The notes under the pieces were generated by a model. It worked only from the letters and a program-made list of their open reading frames with translations, was not told the origin of the DNA and ran no database searches. DNA of 64,000 bases, from contig NZ_JBGCCA010000031.1 of NCBI RefSeq assembly GCF_041261265.1, positions 1 through 64,000 of the forward strand. Reading direction: 5' to 3'. This DNA is from Streptacidiphilus sp. MAP12-33. Its GTDB lineage: Bacteria > Actinomycetota > Actinomycetes > Streptomycetales > Streptomycetaceae. The translations under genes were made by a program, and so were the position numbers. Within the stretch, counting starts at the first letter, position 1; every line of letters begins with the position of its first letter. This document shows positions 1 through 9,523 of this stretch, in pieces.

Positions 1-91
1 TTCAGGCCGTTCAGGCCGTTCAGGCCGTTCAGGCCGTTCAGGCCGTTCAGGCCGTTCAGGCCGTTCAGGCCGTTCAGGCCGTTCAGGCCGT
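1..91. repeat. Perfect tandem repeat (ttcaggccg)x10, truncated by the window edge
   Basis: Direct reading: a 9-bp unit repeated 10 times with no mismatches. It lies immediately 3' of the stop codon (92-94 on minus) of the large AAA+ gene. Confidence 0.9.
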
Positions 92-3000
92 TCAGCCGGC
101 GTAGCCCGCGCAGAGGGTCCGCCAGCGGGCGGACTCCTGGGCGGTGGCGCGGCCGCGCAACTGGGCCAGTTTGAGCAGGTTGGCCTCGGCGGCGCTGCCG
201 AGCGTGCGGGCCTCGGCCAGGTAGTGGTCGTCCAGCAGCGCCTCGACCTCGGCGTCGCTCTGGACCGGGTCGATCCTGGCCGCCAGCTGCGCCATGGTCC
301 GGTAGGAACCCTGGAGCAGGAATGGTGGCTCGGTACGGGTCCGCTCCTCCTGTGCGGCCGAGGCGATGTAGGCGGTGTTGACCGTGAGCACGGTGCGCTG
401 GACCGCACGCAGCCGGGTGAGCGTGGCGACGGCGCGGTCCAGGTCCGGCACCGGCCGGGAGAGCTGGTCGGCCTGGGCGGCCGGGTCGCCGTCGGCGAGC
501 GCCACCAGCAACCGCAGGTCGGCCGGATCGCCACCCGCGAGCGGCGCGAGCACCGGGTTGGCGGCAAGGGCGTTCTCCAGGAAGGAGAGTGCGAACAGGC
601 CCTGGTGTCCGGTCAGCACCTCGCCGAGGTTCCACACGTCCGCGCGGTTCGCCAGCATGTCGGGGATCTCGAAACGCTGCCCGTTGGCGGTGTAGGGGTT
701 GCCCGCCAGGCAGACGGCGAAGCGGCGCCCGCGCAGGTCGAAGCTGCGCGCCACACCGTCACTGACCGCCTCGACGCGGCGCTGGGTGTCGCACAGCGGG
801 ATGAACTTCTGCAACAGCTCGGCGGAGACGTGCTGGATGTCGTCCACGTGCAGCAGCACGTTGCTACCCGCCTCCAGAGCGAACACGATCTTCTCGACCT
901 CGCGGCGGGCGGCGGCGTCGGGCGCGCGGTCCGGGTCGAGGGAGACCGTGCCGTGGCCGAGCGCCGGTCCGTCGACCCGGACCATGAGCAGGCCGAGCCG
1001 GTCGGCGACGTACTCCAGCAGCGTGGTCTTGCCGTATCCGGGCGGCGAGAGGAGCAGCAGCAGCCCGCTGCGGTCGGTGGTGGCCGTCGCGTCGAGCGTG
1101 CCGAGCTGCTTGGCCAGGTTGTCGCCGACCAGCGGCAGGTACACCTGGTCGATGAGCTGGTTGCGCACGAAGCCGGCGAGCGGCTGCGGCCGGTAGTCGT
1201 CCAACCGCAGCCGCGCCCGCTCGGCCCCCAGCACCTCCGCGCGCTGCCGCTGGAAGGCACGGAAGGCGGGCGCCCGCTCCTCCCGGAACGTCCGGGCGCG
1301 GTCGGGCAGTTCGTCGATCCGCACGGTCAGCCGCCCGTCCTTGATCCGGGGGTGCGCTCCGAGCAGACCGGTCACGGTCTCCTCGACGGCGGCGGTGACG
1401 TCGTAACGCGGCAGTCCCGGCGCGACGAGCTGCGCGACGGCCTCGTCGAGGCCGTCGAGACGCGGGGCGCCGGCGCCGGCGCCGGCCGCGCCGGGTGCGC
1501 CGGAGGCGCCGGAGGCGCCGGGTGCGCCGAGGGCACCACCTGCCGAACCACGGGCGTCGCCCCTGTCGCCCCCGTCGACCGTGCCGGAAGCCGCCGGGTC
1601 GCCGGGCACGGAGCCGTAGGCTCCCGCCGCGCCGGTGGCGCTGCTCGCGGCCTGGGCGCCACCCGCACCCCACGCGTCTCCCGCAAGCTCCGCGCGGGAG
1701 GCCGCGTAGGCGGTGAGCCAGGCGGCGGCGAGTTGGTGGCGGGCCGGGATGTCGGTGCCGAGAGCGCGGAGGTCCGCGGTGAGGGCCGAGGCGGCGTCGG
1801 TGTGGTGGAAGCCGTCGAGCAGGGCGCGGGCGGCCAGGCCGGTGGCGAAGCCCTCGCGGGGGCCGGCGAGCTCGGCGAGCAGGTAGTCGCCCGAGCGGGC
1901 CACCGCGCCCGGAAGGCCGAGCTCGTCGGCGAACCCCGCGACCGCGTCGCCGAGTTCCGCCGCCAGCTCGGCGCGTGCCGAGGCCGTCCCGGCCACCCCG
2001 AAGTGGGCACCGGCCAGGGCGAGCGAGCGCGCCCGCCGCTGCCACGCGGACCGCTGCGTGTCCGTCGCGCCGTGTGCCCAGAACAGCTGCGCCGCGGCAC
2101 GGGACTGCGCCGGGAACGCCAGCAGCCCCGCCCCGGCGGACAACCGCAGCAGCGCGTCGAGGATGAGCGCGGCATCGTGGTCGTGCACGCCGCGCTCGTA
2201 CCCCTCGTCGTACGCGCGCTCGGCGGCACTCCGGACCCGGTCGAGCAGCGGCACGGCGGTGACGTCGGGACCGATGTCTTGCGACGAGCCGACGGCCACC
2301 GCCAGGCCCGCGGCACCGCCCGACAGCAGCGCGGCACCCGTCGGCACCAGCGCCCCACCCGCCACCGGCAGCTCCCCCGCAGCGCCCACGACGTGGGGCG
2401 CGGAGCCGTTCAGCGCAGAGCCGTTCAGCGCGGCGGCGCCACCCGCCGTGAGCGACCCGCCCGTTCCCGGCGCGCTCGCGCCCGCGCCTGCCGCGGCCAC
2501 CTCGGCCAGCAGTGCCGCCGCCAGGTACTCCGAGCGGTAGAGCGCGGGCGACTCGCTGACCAGCGGCTGCGTCCAGAACTCCCGGCCGCCCAGCAGCTCG
2601 GGCACGTGCGCCGCGCGGCGGTAGCCGGTGCCGGTGACGAGGAAGGCGAGGCCGTCGCCGTCCGGCTGGAGGGTGAGTTCGACCGGCTCGCGCCGCACGG
2701 CGAAGCGGTGGCGGCCCAGGCGGACGCTCGCGCCGCCGTCCTCGGAGAGGTCGGCGCGGTCGCGCAGTTCGCGCAGGGCGGTGCGGACCGCGCCGGTGAG
2801 GCCGTCCTCCAACTCCTGGGCGCGGACCTGGTCGTCCAGCCCCCGCAGCTCCCCCGCCGCCGCGCGGACCCGCACCGCCATCGGATCGGCGGCCTCGGCG
2901 GCGTGGATGTCGGCGGCGGAGCCGAGGCCCGCGAGCCGACGCCGCAGGGCGTCGAGCGCGCGCCGCGCGGACGCGGCGACGCGGTCGGCGCGCGCGGCGG

Positions 3001-5383
3001 CCTCGTCCAGCAGTGTCTGCCGCCGCGCGGCGAAGGTCTGCTGGATCTCCTCGCGCCGCAGGGCGAGATCCGCGGCGAGGTCCTCGGCCTCGGCAAAGCG
3101 GGCTTCCAGCCCGTCCACGCGCAGCATCAGCCGTGCGAGTTGGTCATCGCAGGCGGCGGGGCTGTCGGCGGCGGCGAGTGCGGCTGTGGTCGCCTGTGCG
3201 AGCAGCGCGGACTCCGCGGCGTGCGCGGCGCGGTGCTCGGTGTCGAGCAGTGCGCGGCGGCGGTTGGCCAGCACCGCGCGGGCGCGGTTGACCGCCGCGA
3301 GCACCTCGCCGATGGCGAGCAGGACGGCCGTCCCGGCGGCCGGATCCGCGGCGACGGCGCCGGTGACCAGATCGGTGACCGTGGCCAGCGCGTCCGCCTG
3401 CTCGGTGAGCCGGTCGGCGAGATGGGCGGCCTCCGCCGCGCTCGCGACGGCCTCCGCCTCCTCGGCCGCGTGCCGGGCCGCCGCGAGCGGGGCCGCGAAG
3501 GCGTCCGGACCCGCGAAGAAGGCGAAGGCGCGCTCCGTCGCCGCCGTCAGCTCGGCGGCCAGCTCCTCCTCGACACGGCACAGCGCGGCCACGTCGAGCT
3601 GCGGCAGCTCGCGCAGCAGCCGGGTGCGGCCCTGGGCCTGGCGCAGCTCGGCGAGCAGCCGCGTCCAGGCGTCGGCGTCGGTGGGCGGCTCGCCGTGCGA
3701 GCGGCGGAAGAGGGAGGCGGCCTCCTCCCGTGCCTCCTCCAGCGCCCGCGCGGCTCGGGCCGCGAGCCCGCGGACGCGAGCCTGCTCGGCGACGACCTGC
3801 TCGGCGGACTCACGCAGCTCGGCGAGCGGCCGCAGCAGACCGAGGTCGGCGAGCCAGTAGTGGCGGCCCGCCGCCTTGGCACAGGCGTCGAGGATCAACT
3901 GCGGTGCCAGGGAGGCCGCCTGGTTGTCCTGGGCGGCGGCGTTGGCGGTGCGCACCACGTCGAGGCAGTCGGCGATGCCGCGCACCAGATCGGCGTTGCC
4001 GATGCGGGCCAGCGGGCCGTCGCCGACCGGCTGGGCGGCGGCGTGGTCGGCCGACTGGAACGGCGTCTCCCAGCGCTGGAGCTCGTGGGTGCGCACCGGC
4101 TCGCGGTCCGGCTTGACCAGCACCAGCGTGCCGTCGGGCAGCAGCGCGTACGCGGCGCCGTGCAGCGCCGCTCCGGCCTCGCGCCGGACGGTGTTCCACG
4201 GCAGCAGCAGCACCTGGGCGCGGCCGGGCCGGCGCAGGACGTAGAGCAGGTCCTCGCCGTTGGGCGCGGGCAGCACGGCGTCGAAGCGCAGCGCATCCCC
4301 TCCCGCCGCGTCCGCGCCCTCCCCGCCCTCCGTGCCCTCCGCGCCCTCGATGCGGAAGGCACGGTGGGTGCCGTCGGCCAGCTCGTAGCCGCCGGGGAAG
4401 ATCAGGCCCTGCTCGGCCGGCAGCAGCCGCGCGCCGAATCCGAGCGAGTCCTGCCTCCGCACCGAGCCGGTACGGGTGTTGACGACCAGGTAGCGGTCGG
4501 CGGGCTCGTTGTAGGGGCGGATGCGCAGGAGCAGCAGCGGGCCGGTCGCGGCGTAGGCGACGGTGGCGTCGGCGAGGCTCTGCAGCGGCTCGTCGACGGG
4601 CTCCTCGAAGAGCACGCGGTCGCCCGGGACGGCGTGGACGGTGAGGCTGCCGCCGGTGGTGGCGACGGAGACCGCGCGGCCTTCGCCGCCGTCGCTGCCG
4701 CCGGCCTCGATCCGGATCCGCCCGTGCTGGTGGTGCTCGCGCCCGACGACGGTCCACGGCAGCACGTAGACTGGCGACTGCGGCAGGTCGCGCTCCCCGT
4801 GGTTGCCGAGGTACTCGACCCGCCCGTCCGTCAGCTGCCAGCTCAGTACCCGCAGGTCACCGTCGTTCTCGCCGGTACGGAAGACCGCCAGCAGCTTGCC
4901 CGACGGCGTGCGGACCAGGTCGGCGAGGCGGGCGCCGCGGTAGTAGCGCAGCAGCTCCGCGAGTTCGCGGTGGAACCGCTCGTCGTCCAGCAGGCCCGGA
5001 ACGGCTGCCGGGTCGAGCGCCGAGCCGTCGAGCGCGTGCAGCGAGAGCAGGCCCGCGTCGAGGTCCGGCGCCGTCGTGCCCAGCAGCAGCACGTCCGGAC
5101 GGACGGCGACGACACCGCAGACGGTGCCCTCGCCGGCCGTGCGCGGCCGCGCCGAGGCCGCGAGCTCCAGCGCGCGGGAGCCGAACTCCTTCTGCCGCGC
5201 CTCGTTGACCTCCGCCGCCCGCCGCCCCAGCTCGACCGCGCGCTCTCCGAGCCGCGCCCGAAGGATCTGGTAGGTGCCGTCCTCGACGCCCATCGCTGCT
5301 TCCCGTGTCCCTTGCTTGTTCTGCTGCCTGTGCCTGTCCTGCGCTCTGACCGGTTTCTCGTCACTTACCGGCCGTGCCACCAC
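92..5383 (-). CDS. Large (1763 aa) conserved uncharacterised protein with a C-terminal AAA+ ATPase domain, last gene of the flotillin operon
   Basis: Six-frame ORF. It has a Walker A 'LLSPPGYGKTTLLEY' and a Walker-B-like 'VLLHVDDIQ' near the C-terminus, and long Ala/Arg/Glu coiled-coil-like central regions. Low-complexity Gly/Ala/Ser linkers are encoded by (GCGCCG)n-like DNA at about 1480-1700 and 2390-2450. It is co-directional and overlaps the flotillin gene by 23 bp. Confidence 0.8.
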   Translation of the reverse strand: MVARPVSDEKPVRAQDRHRQQNKQGTREAAMGVEDGTYQILRARLGERAVELGRRAAEVNEARQKEFGSRALELAASARPRTAGEGTVCGVVAVRPDVLLLGTTAPDLDAGLLSLHALDGSALDPAAVPGLLDDERFHRELAELLRYYRGARLADLVRTPSGKLLAVFRTGENDGDLRVLSWQLTDGRVEYLGNHGERDLPQSPVYVLPWTVVGREHHQHGRIRIEAGGSDGGEGRAVSVATTGGSLTVHAVPGDRVLFEEPVDEPLQSLADATVAYAATGPLLLLRIRPYNEPADRYLVVNTRTGSVRRQDSLGFGARLLPAEQGLIFPGGYELADGTHRAFRIEGAEGTEGGEGADAAGGDALRFDAVLPAPNGEDLLYVLRRPGRAQVLLLPWNTVRREAGAALHGAAYALLPDGTLVLVKPDREPVRTHELQRWETPFQSADHAAAQPVGDGPLARIGNADLVRGIADCLDVVRTANAAAQDNQAASLAPQLILDACAKAAGRHYWLADLGLLRPLAELRESAEQVVAEQARVRGLAARAARALEEAREEAASLFRRSHGEPPTDADAWTRLLAELRQAQGRTRLLRELPQLDVAALCRVEEELAAELTAATERAFAFFAGPDAFAAPLAAARHAAEEAEAVASAAEAAHLADRLTEQADALATVTDLVTGAVAADPAAGTAVLLAIGEVLAAVNRARAVLANRRRALLDTEHRAAHAAESALLAQATTAALAAADSPAACDDQLARLMLRVDGLEARFAEAEDLAADLALRREEIQQTFAARRQTLLDEAAARADRVAASARRALDALRRRLAGLGSAADIHAAEAADPMAVRVRAAAGELRGLDDQVRAQELEDGLTGAVRTALRELRDRADLSEDGGASVRLGRHRFAVRREPVELTLQPDGDGLAFLVTGTGYRRAAHVPELLGGREFWTQPLVSESPALYRSEYLAAALLAEVAAAGAGASAPGTGGSLTAGGAAALNGSALNGSAPHVVGAAGELPVAGGALVPTGAALLSGGAAGLAVAVGSSQDIGPDVTAVPLLDRVRSAAERAYDEGYERGVHDHDAALILDALLRLSAGAGLLAFPAQSRAAAQLFWAHGATDTQRSAWQRRARSLALAGAHFGVAGTASARAELAAELGDAVAGFADELGLPGAVARSGDYLLAELAGPREGFATGLAARALLDGFHHTDAASALTADLRALGTDIPARHQLAAAWLTAYAASRAELAGDAWGAGGAQAASSATGAAGAYGSVPGDPAASGTVDGGDRGDARGSAGGALGAPGASGASGAPGAAGAGAGAPRLDGLDEAVAQLVAPGLPRYDVTAAVEETVTGLLGAHPRIKDGRLTVRIDELPDRARTFREERAPAFRAFQRQRAEVLGAERARLRLDDYRPQPLAGFVRNQLIDQVYLPLVGDNLAKQLGTLDATATTDRSGLLLLLSPPGYGKTTLLEYVADRLGLLMVRVDGPALGHGTVSLDPDRAPDAAARREVEKIVFALEAGSNVLLHVDDIQHVSAELLQKFIPLCDTQRRVEAVSDGVARSFDLRGRRFAVCLAGNPYTANGQRFEIPDMLANRADVWNLGEVLTGHQGLFALSFLENALAANPVLAPLAGGDPADLRLLVALADGDPAAQADQLSRPVPDLDRAVATLTRLRAVQRTVLTVNTAYIASAAQEERTRTEPPFLLQGSYRTMAQLAARIDPVQSDAEVEALLDDHYLAEARTLGSAAEANLLKLAQLRGRATAQESARWRTLCAGYAG

Positions 5384-7517
5384 CGTTCAGCAACCGGGCC
5401 GGGTCCACCGGCAGGGATCCGTCGGCACCCGTGCCGTTCAGCAGCTTCATCAGCAGGGCCAGGTTCCAGGGCCCGCCGGCCGCGAGGGAGCGCAGCACCT
5501 CGGTGGCGTCGTCACCGAAGCTCCGGTCGCCGTTCAGCCACTCCGCGCCCAGCGCCTTGACGGTCTCCGAGCCCTGCACCGCGCCGTCGATGGACTTGCC
5601 GAAGGACACCGCGCCCACCAGCCGGTCCAGGAAGACGCTGTCGCCACCGACGATGTCGATGTCCGCGCTCTCCAGGCCGGCGGCCAGCACCGAGGCCTGC
5701 GCCTCGGCGACCTTGGCCTGGACCTCCAGCGCCGCGAGCCGCACGTCCTTGTCGGCGGCGAGCCGCAGGCGGAACTCCTCGTGCGCCCGGGAGACCTCGT
5801 CGAGGGCGGCCATCGCCGCGGCCTTCTTCTCCAGACCGGCCGCCTCGCCGAGCAGCTTCTCTCGGATCGCCGCGGCCTCGGCGTTGCCCTTGCTCTCCGC
5901 CACGGCGGCCTCGGCCAGGCCGACCTTCTCGATCGCGACGGCCTTCTCCTTCATACCGGCCGCCTCGGCCTCCAGCCGGGCGCGGACGGCGGCCGCCTCC
6001 GCGTTGGCCTTGCTCTCCGCCACGGCGGCCTCGGCCCGACCGACCTTCTCCATCGCGACGGCCTTCTCCATGAGACCGGCCGCCTCGCCCTCCAGCCGCG
6101 CCCGAACACCGGCCGCGTCGGCCAGCGCCTGGCGCTCCGCCACCTCGGCCTCGGCCAGACCGGCGGCACCGGCCAGCGCCCGCTCGCCCTCGGCGCGGCG
6201 CACGTTGGCAGCGGCCTCCAGCTCGGCGCTCTTCTGCGCGGCCTCGGCCAGCACCAGCCGCTCCTTGGCCCTCAGGTGCGCGGCCTGCTCCGCGGCCTCG
6301 GCCGCCTTGATGTCCTTGACCAGCTGCTCCTGGGCCTCCGCCTCGGCGGCGATGATGACGGACTGCCGGGTGCGCTCGGCCTCCTGGACGACGCGGACCC
6401 GCTTGATCTCCTCCTCCTGCTCCGCGACGGTCCGCTCCACCGCGATCCGCTCACGCAGCACCTCGGCCACGCCGCGGCGCTCGACCTCGACCTCCTTCTC
6501 CATCCCGGCCTTGGCCAGCTGCACCTCGCGGTCCCGGTTGACGACCTCCAGCAGCCGGTCCTTCTCGATCCGCTCGGACTCGACGGCCAGGACGCGCTCG
6601 CGGTTCTTCTCGGCGACGGCGATCTCGCGCTGCTGGTTCTCGCGCTGCACGCCGAGCAGCTCCTCGGTGCGCAGCAGCGCGCTGTGCGCCTTGAGCCGCT
6701 CCTCCTCCTGGACCTGCGCGGTGGCGGCCTCCTCCTGCGCCTTCAGCGTCTCGATGCCCTTGCGCTGCCGGATCTCCGCCTCGGCGCGGCGGCGCTCCAG
6801 CTCCAGCACGGCCTCGCGGGCGTCGACGTCCTGACGGGTGATCTCCATCTGCTCGTTGCGCTGGAAGTCGTTGGTGCGGATGTGCTCCAGTGCGGTCAGC
6901 TCGGTGATCTTCCGGATGCCCTGTGCGTCCAGGATGTTGGTCGGGTCGAGCTCGGCCATCGGGGTCTGCTCGAGGTGGTCGATCGCCGCGTCCTCGAGGT
7001 GGTAGCCGTTGAGGTCGGTGCCGATGGCGGCGATGATCCGGTCGCGGAACTCCTCGCGGTGGGTGTAGAGGTCCGCGAACTCCAGTTGCTTGCCGACGGT
7101 GCGCAGCGCCTCGGCGAACTTGGCGCTGAACAGGTTCTGCATGGTCTCCTGGTGGCTCGCCCGCTCGGTGCCGATGGCCTGGGCGACCTTGATGACGTCC
7201 TCTTCGGTCTTGTTGACGCGGACGAAGAAGGTGATCTGGATGTCGGCCCGGATGTTGTCCTTGCAGATCATCCCCTCGCGGCCCTTGCGGGTGATCTCGA
7301 TGGTCTTCACCGAGATGTCCATGACCTCGGCGCGGTGCAGCATCGGCAGCACCAGGGCGCCGGTGAAGCTCACGTCGACGCTCTTGGGACGGGAGACGAT
7401 CAGGGCCTCACCCTGGACGACCTTGCGGAACAGCCGTCCGAAGAGCAGCAGCGTGCCCAGACCGATGAGCAGCAGGACGGCGACGAGTACGCCGATACCG
7501 ATGGTGACGACAGACAT
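5361..7517 (-). CDS. Flotillin / SPFH (band-7) family protein, YqiK/FloT-like
   Basis: It has an N-terminal TM segment and an SPFH domain ('EALIVSRPKSVDVSFTGALVLPMLHRAEVMDISVKTIEI'), followed by a long Glu/Ala/Arg-rich coiled-coil tail, which is typical of bacterial flotillins. Confidence 0.85.
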   Translation of the reverse strand: MSVVTIGIGVLVAVLLLIGLGTLLLFGRLFRKVVQGEALIVSRPKSVDVSFTGALVLPMLHRAEVMDISVKTIEITRKGREGMICKDNIRADIQITFFVRVNKTEEDVIKVAQAIGTERASHQETMQNLFSAKFAEALRTVGKQLEFADLYTHREEFRDRIIAAIGTDLNGYHLEDAAIDHLEQTPMAELDPTNILDAQGIRKITELTALEHIRTNDFQRNEQMEITRQDVDAREAVLELERRRAEAEIRQRKGIETLKAQEEAATAQVQEEERLKAHSALLRTEELLGVQRENQQREIAVAEKNRERVLAVESERIEKDRLLEVVNRDREVQLAKAGMEKEVEVERRGVAEVLRERIAVERTVAEQEEEIKRVRVVQEAERTRQSVIIAAEAEAQEQLVKDIKAAEAAEQAAHLRAKERLVLAEAAQKSAELEAAANVRRAEGERALAGAAGLAEAEVAERQALADAAGVRARLEGEAAGLMEKAVAMEKVGRAEAAVAESKANAEAAAVRARLEAEAAGMKEKAVAIEKVGLAEAAVAESKGNAEAAAIREKLLGEAAGLEKKAAAMAALDEVSRAHEEFRLRLAADKDVRLAALEVQAKVAEAQASVLAAGLESADIDIVGGDSVFLDRLVGAVSFGKSIDGAVQGSETVKALGAEWLNGDRSFGDDATEVLRSLAAGGPWNLALLMKLLNGTGADGSLPVDPARLLNGGGTAGK
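5881..6120. repeat. Internal 120-bp tandem duplication within the flotillin gene (two near-identical copies; a partial third copy at 5821-5880)
   Basis: Sequence lines 5881-6000 and 6001-6120 align almost base for base. They encode the repeated peptide 'RARLE(G/A)EAAG(L/M)(M/K)EKAVA(M/I)EKVG(R/L)AEAAVAESK(A/G)NAEAAA'. Confidence 0.85.
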
Positions 7518-7601
7518 GGCTGTTCCCTTGGATGGACTTCACTGGTGCTGCGAATGAGATGGATGTGCGTTGTGCGTGCGCTGGACGTGCGCTGGCTGTG
7601 A

Positions 7602-8471
7602 CTAGGCGATCGGCGCCGGCATGACCCAGAAGAACTCGCCGTCGGCGTCGTAGTCGTAGATGAGTGCGGCGGCTCCGGCGCGGAGCGTTCCGCCCTCGCC
7701 CGCCGCGTCGTCGAGGCTCTGCCGGACCTGCACCACGGCGGATGAGCCGTCGGCGGAGCGGACCTCGGCCTGACCGAAGTCGGGCCCCACCCGACCGGTC
7801 CTGATCACGCAGCCGAGCCCCACGAAGTCCCGCCGCGAGGGCGGCGGAGAGGGCTCCGGCATCATCCGTGCCAGCGGCACGGCCAGCAGGCGGGCCCCCA
7901 CCCACCCACCGGCGAGCGCGAGCGGCAGCAGGAACCACCGGCCGCCGCCGAGCCATTCAGTGCAGGCGAGCGCGGTGAACCAGCCGAAGGCGACCACGAG
8001 CGAGACCGCCACCGTGACCGGTACCCCACCCAGCCCCGCCGCCCGCCGCGCGGCGGCGTGCCAGTGGTGGCCCCCGCCGCTCTGCCCGCCGCCACTGTGC
8101 CCGCCACCGTGGGCGGCCCCGGCCTGGCCGGGCGGGGCGTGGTGGCCGGCCTGGCCGGTGTGACCGGCCTGTCCCCCGTGGCCCCCACCATGCGCCCCGC
8201 CGTGTCCGCCATGCCCCCCGCCATGACCGGCCTGGCCGCCATGCCCCCAGGCATGGCCGCCGCCGTGTCCCCCGTGTCCCCCGTGACCGGCGGAGCCCGC
8301 ATGCCCACCCCGGGCTCCGTGCAGGTGCGCTCCCCCGACGAGCACCAGCACCCAGTACGCCACCACCACGACCAGCGCGAAGGTGAACACCACGGTCGGA
8401 TAGGCCGTGACCGCCCCCAAAAAGCCCCGCACCGTGCTCGCCTGCCTCTGAACGTCCCCCGAAGCGGCCAC
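7602..8471 (-). CDS. NfeD-like membrane protein (YqiJ/NfeD family, C-terminal OB-fold) with a His/Gly-rich low-complexity insert
   Basis: It has TM helices, a C-terminal 'GLGCVIRTGRVGPDFGQAEVRSADGSSAVVQVRQ' OB-fold-like segment, and a position immediately upstream of flotillin, the classic NfeD-flotillin pairing. The (GHGG)n tract is encoded at about 8080-8340. Confidence 0.7.
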   Translation of the reverse strand: MAASGDVQRQASTVRGFLGAVTAYPTVVFTFALVVVVAYWVLVLVGGAHLHGARGGHAGSAGHGGHGGHGGGHAWGHGGQAGHGGGHGGHGGAHGGGHGGQAGHTGQAGHHAPPGQAGAAHGGGHSGGGQSGGGHHWHAAARRAAGLGGVPVTVAVSLVVAFGWFTALACTEWLGGGRWFLLPLALAGGWVGARLLAVPLARMMPEPSPPPSRRDFVGLGCVIRTGRVGPDFGQAEVRSADGSSAVVQVRQSLDDAAGEGGTLRAGAAALIYDYDADGEFFWVMPAPIA

Positions 8472-8698
8472 CCGTCGCGGACCCGCACGCGTCAGGGTGG
8501 CAGCGCGAACGGCACCACCGCAGTGCGTGATCCCGGCAGTCTTAGCGCCCTCTTAGCATCCGGGTTCAGCTCACAGCAGCGGTGCCGTCCACGGGACCAC
8601 GGCCGGATGGCTAACCTTGCGCGATGCCCACCCGACCGCGCCCCTCCGCTTCACGAGCGCACCCACCCTCCGCGTTCGTCTGGCTCGTCCCGATCGGC

Positions 8699-9205
8699 AT
8701 GCTGGCGGGTGCCGTCGCGGTGTTCCTCGGCGTAGGCCCGAACCTCGCCGGCTCACTCCGGCTGACCGGCGCCCCGGGCACCCTCGCCGTGCACTCCTGT
8801 TCCACGGTGGGATCCGGCAAACAGGCGCACACCCGCTGCACGGGCACCTTCACCTCCGACGACGGAACCGTCCAGGACCCCTCCGCCACCATCGACGTGC
8901 CCCTCGCCACCGGCGGCACCGTCCCGGTCCAGCGCGCCGCAGACGGCTCCCTCGTCCAGGTCGGCGTCGTTCCGGCGGCCGGCTGGATCGCCGTCCTCTT
9001 CCTCGGGCTCGCGACCGCGGCCCTGGGCTGCCTCTGCGCGGTCCTCCTGATCCGCCGCCCGGCCTCGCTCGACCACCTCGGCGTCCTCCGCCCCGACGCC
9101 CCGGAGCGCCGCCTGGCCAAGTACGCCGGCCTCCTCTGCTGCGCGTCCGTCGCGGCCGCCCTGCTGAGCGGCCTGATCTCGGTCGCGGGCCGCCTGGTCC
9201 AGTAG
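8699..9205 (+). CDS. Hypothetical membrane protein (two TM segments). An alternative upstream start lies at 8624
   Basis: Six-frame ORF with hydrophobic segments 'MLAGAVAVFLGVG' and 'WIAVLFLGLATAALGCLCAVLLI' and high GC3. Confidence 0.45.
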   Translation: MLAGAVAVFLGVGPNLAGSLRLTGAPGTLAVHSCSTVGSGKQAHTRCTGTFTSDDGTVQDPSATIDVPLATGGTVPVQRAADGSLVQVGVVPAAGWIAVLFLGLATAALGCLCAVLLIRRPASLDHLGVLRPDAPERRLAKYAGLLCCASVAAALLSGLISVAGRLVQ

Positions 9206-9342
9206 CGACACCCTCGCATCCCAAGCCCTGCCAGGCCACCGACCGGCCCCTGACGAACAGTTGCCGTCACCTACAACCGCAAGAGGCCCCGGACCTACGA
9301 CGGTCCGGGGCCTTTGCGTTGCGTTCCGGCTGGTGAGCCGCA

Positions 9343-9386
9343 GAGCCCCCTGTCGGGTTCGAACCGACGACCCCCGCTTTACAAGA
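9343..9386. repeat. attL of AICE-1, a 44-bp partial tRNA-Thr copy (T-arm to anticodon loop)
   Basis: 'gagccccctgtcgggttcgaaccgacgacccccgctttacaaga' is identical to 23142-23185. Confidence 0.85.
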
Positions 9387-9523
9387 CTGCGAGTGAGACT
9401 CACGCCCTGAGCAGCGGATACGTGGACCTGATGGCGTGGCCGCTCAACTCCCCGTCAGTCACCGCTCGAACCCATCGGACACCGCTCGTTCTGGCACGGT
9501 AGTGGCACGCCCGGGAGAACAAG

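Noticed and set aside
1-91. The nonamer array, the 36893-36960 repeats and the 57036-57130 repeats as a CRISPR array
   Set aside because: They lack unique spacers between repeats, the units are too short or contiguous, and there are no cas genes.
224-5560. A 1778-aa plus-strand ORF antisense to the giant ATPase gene (and similar long antisense ORFs such as 5274-7601 and 5374-6834)
   Set aside because: These are high-GC artefacts. The translations are Arg/Gly/Pro-rich low-complexity with no motifs, and the opposite strand has clear domain signatures.
9395-9500. A possible second tRNA or tRNA fragment next to attL (contains 'gggttcgagc')
   Set aside because: It cannot be folded into a cloverleaf. 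Only a 6-bp terminal complementarity exists, and there is no anticodon or T-arm geometry.
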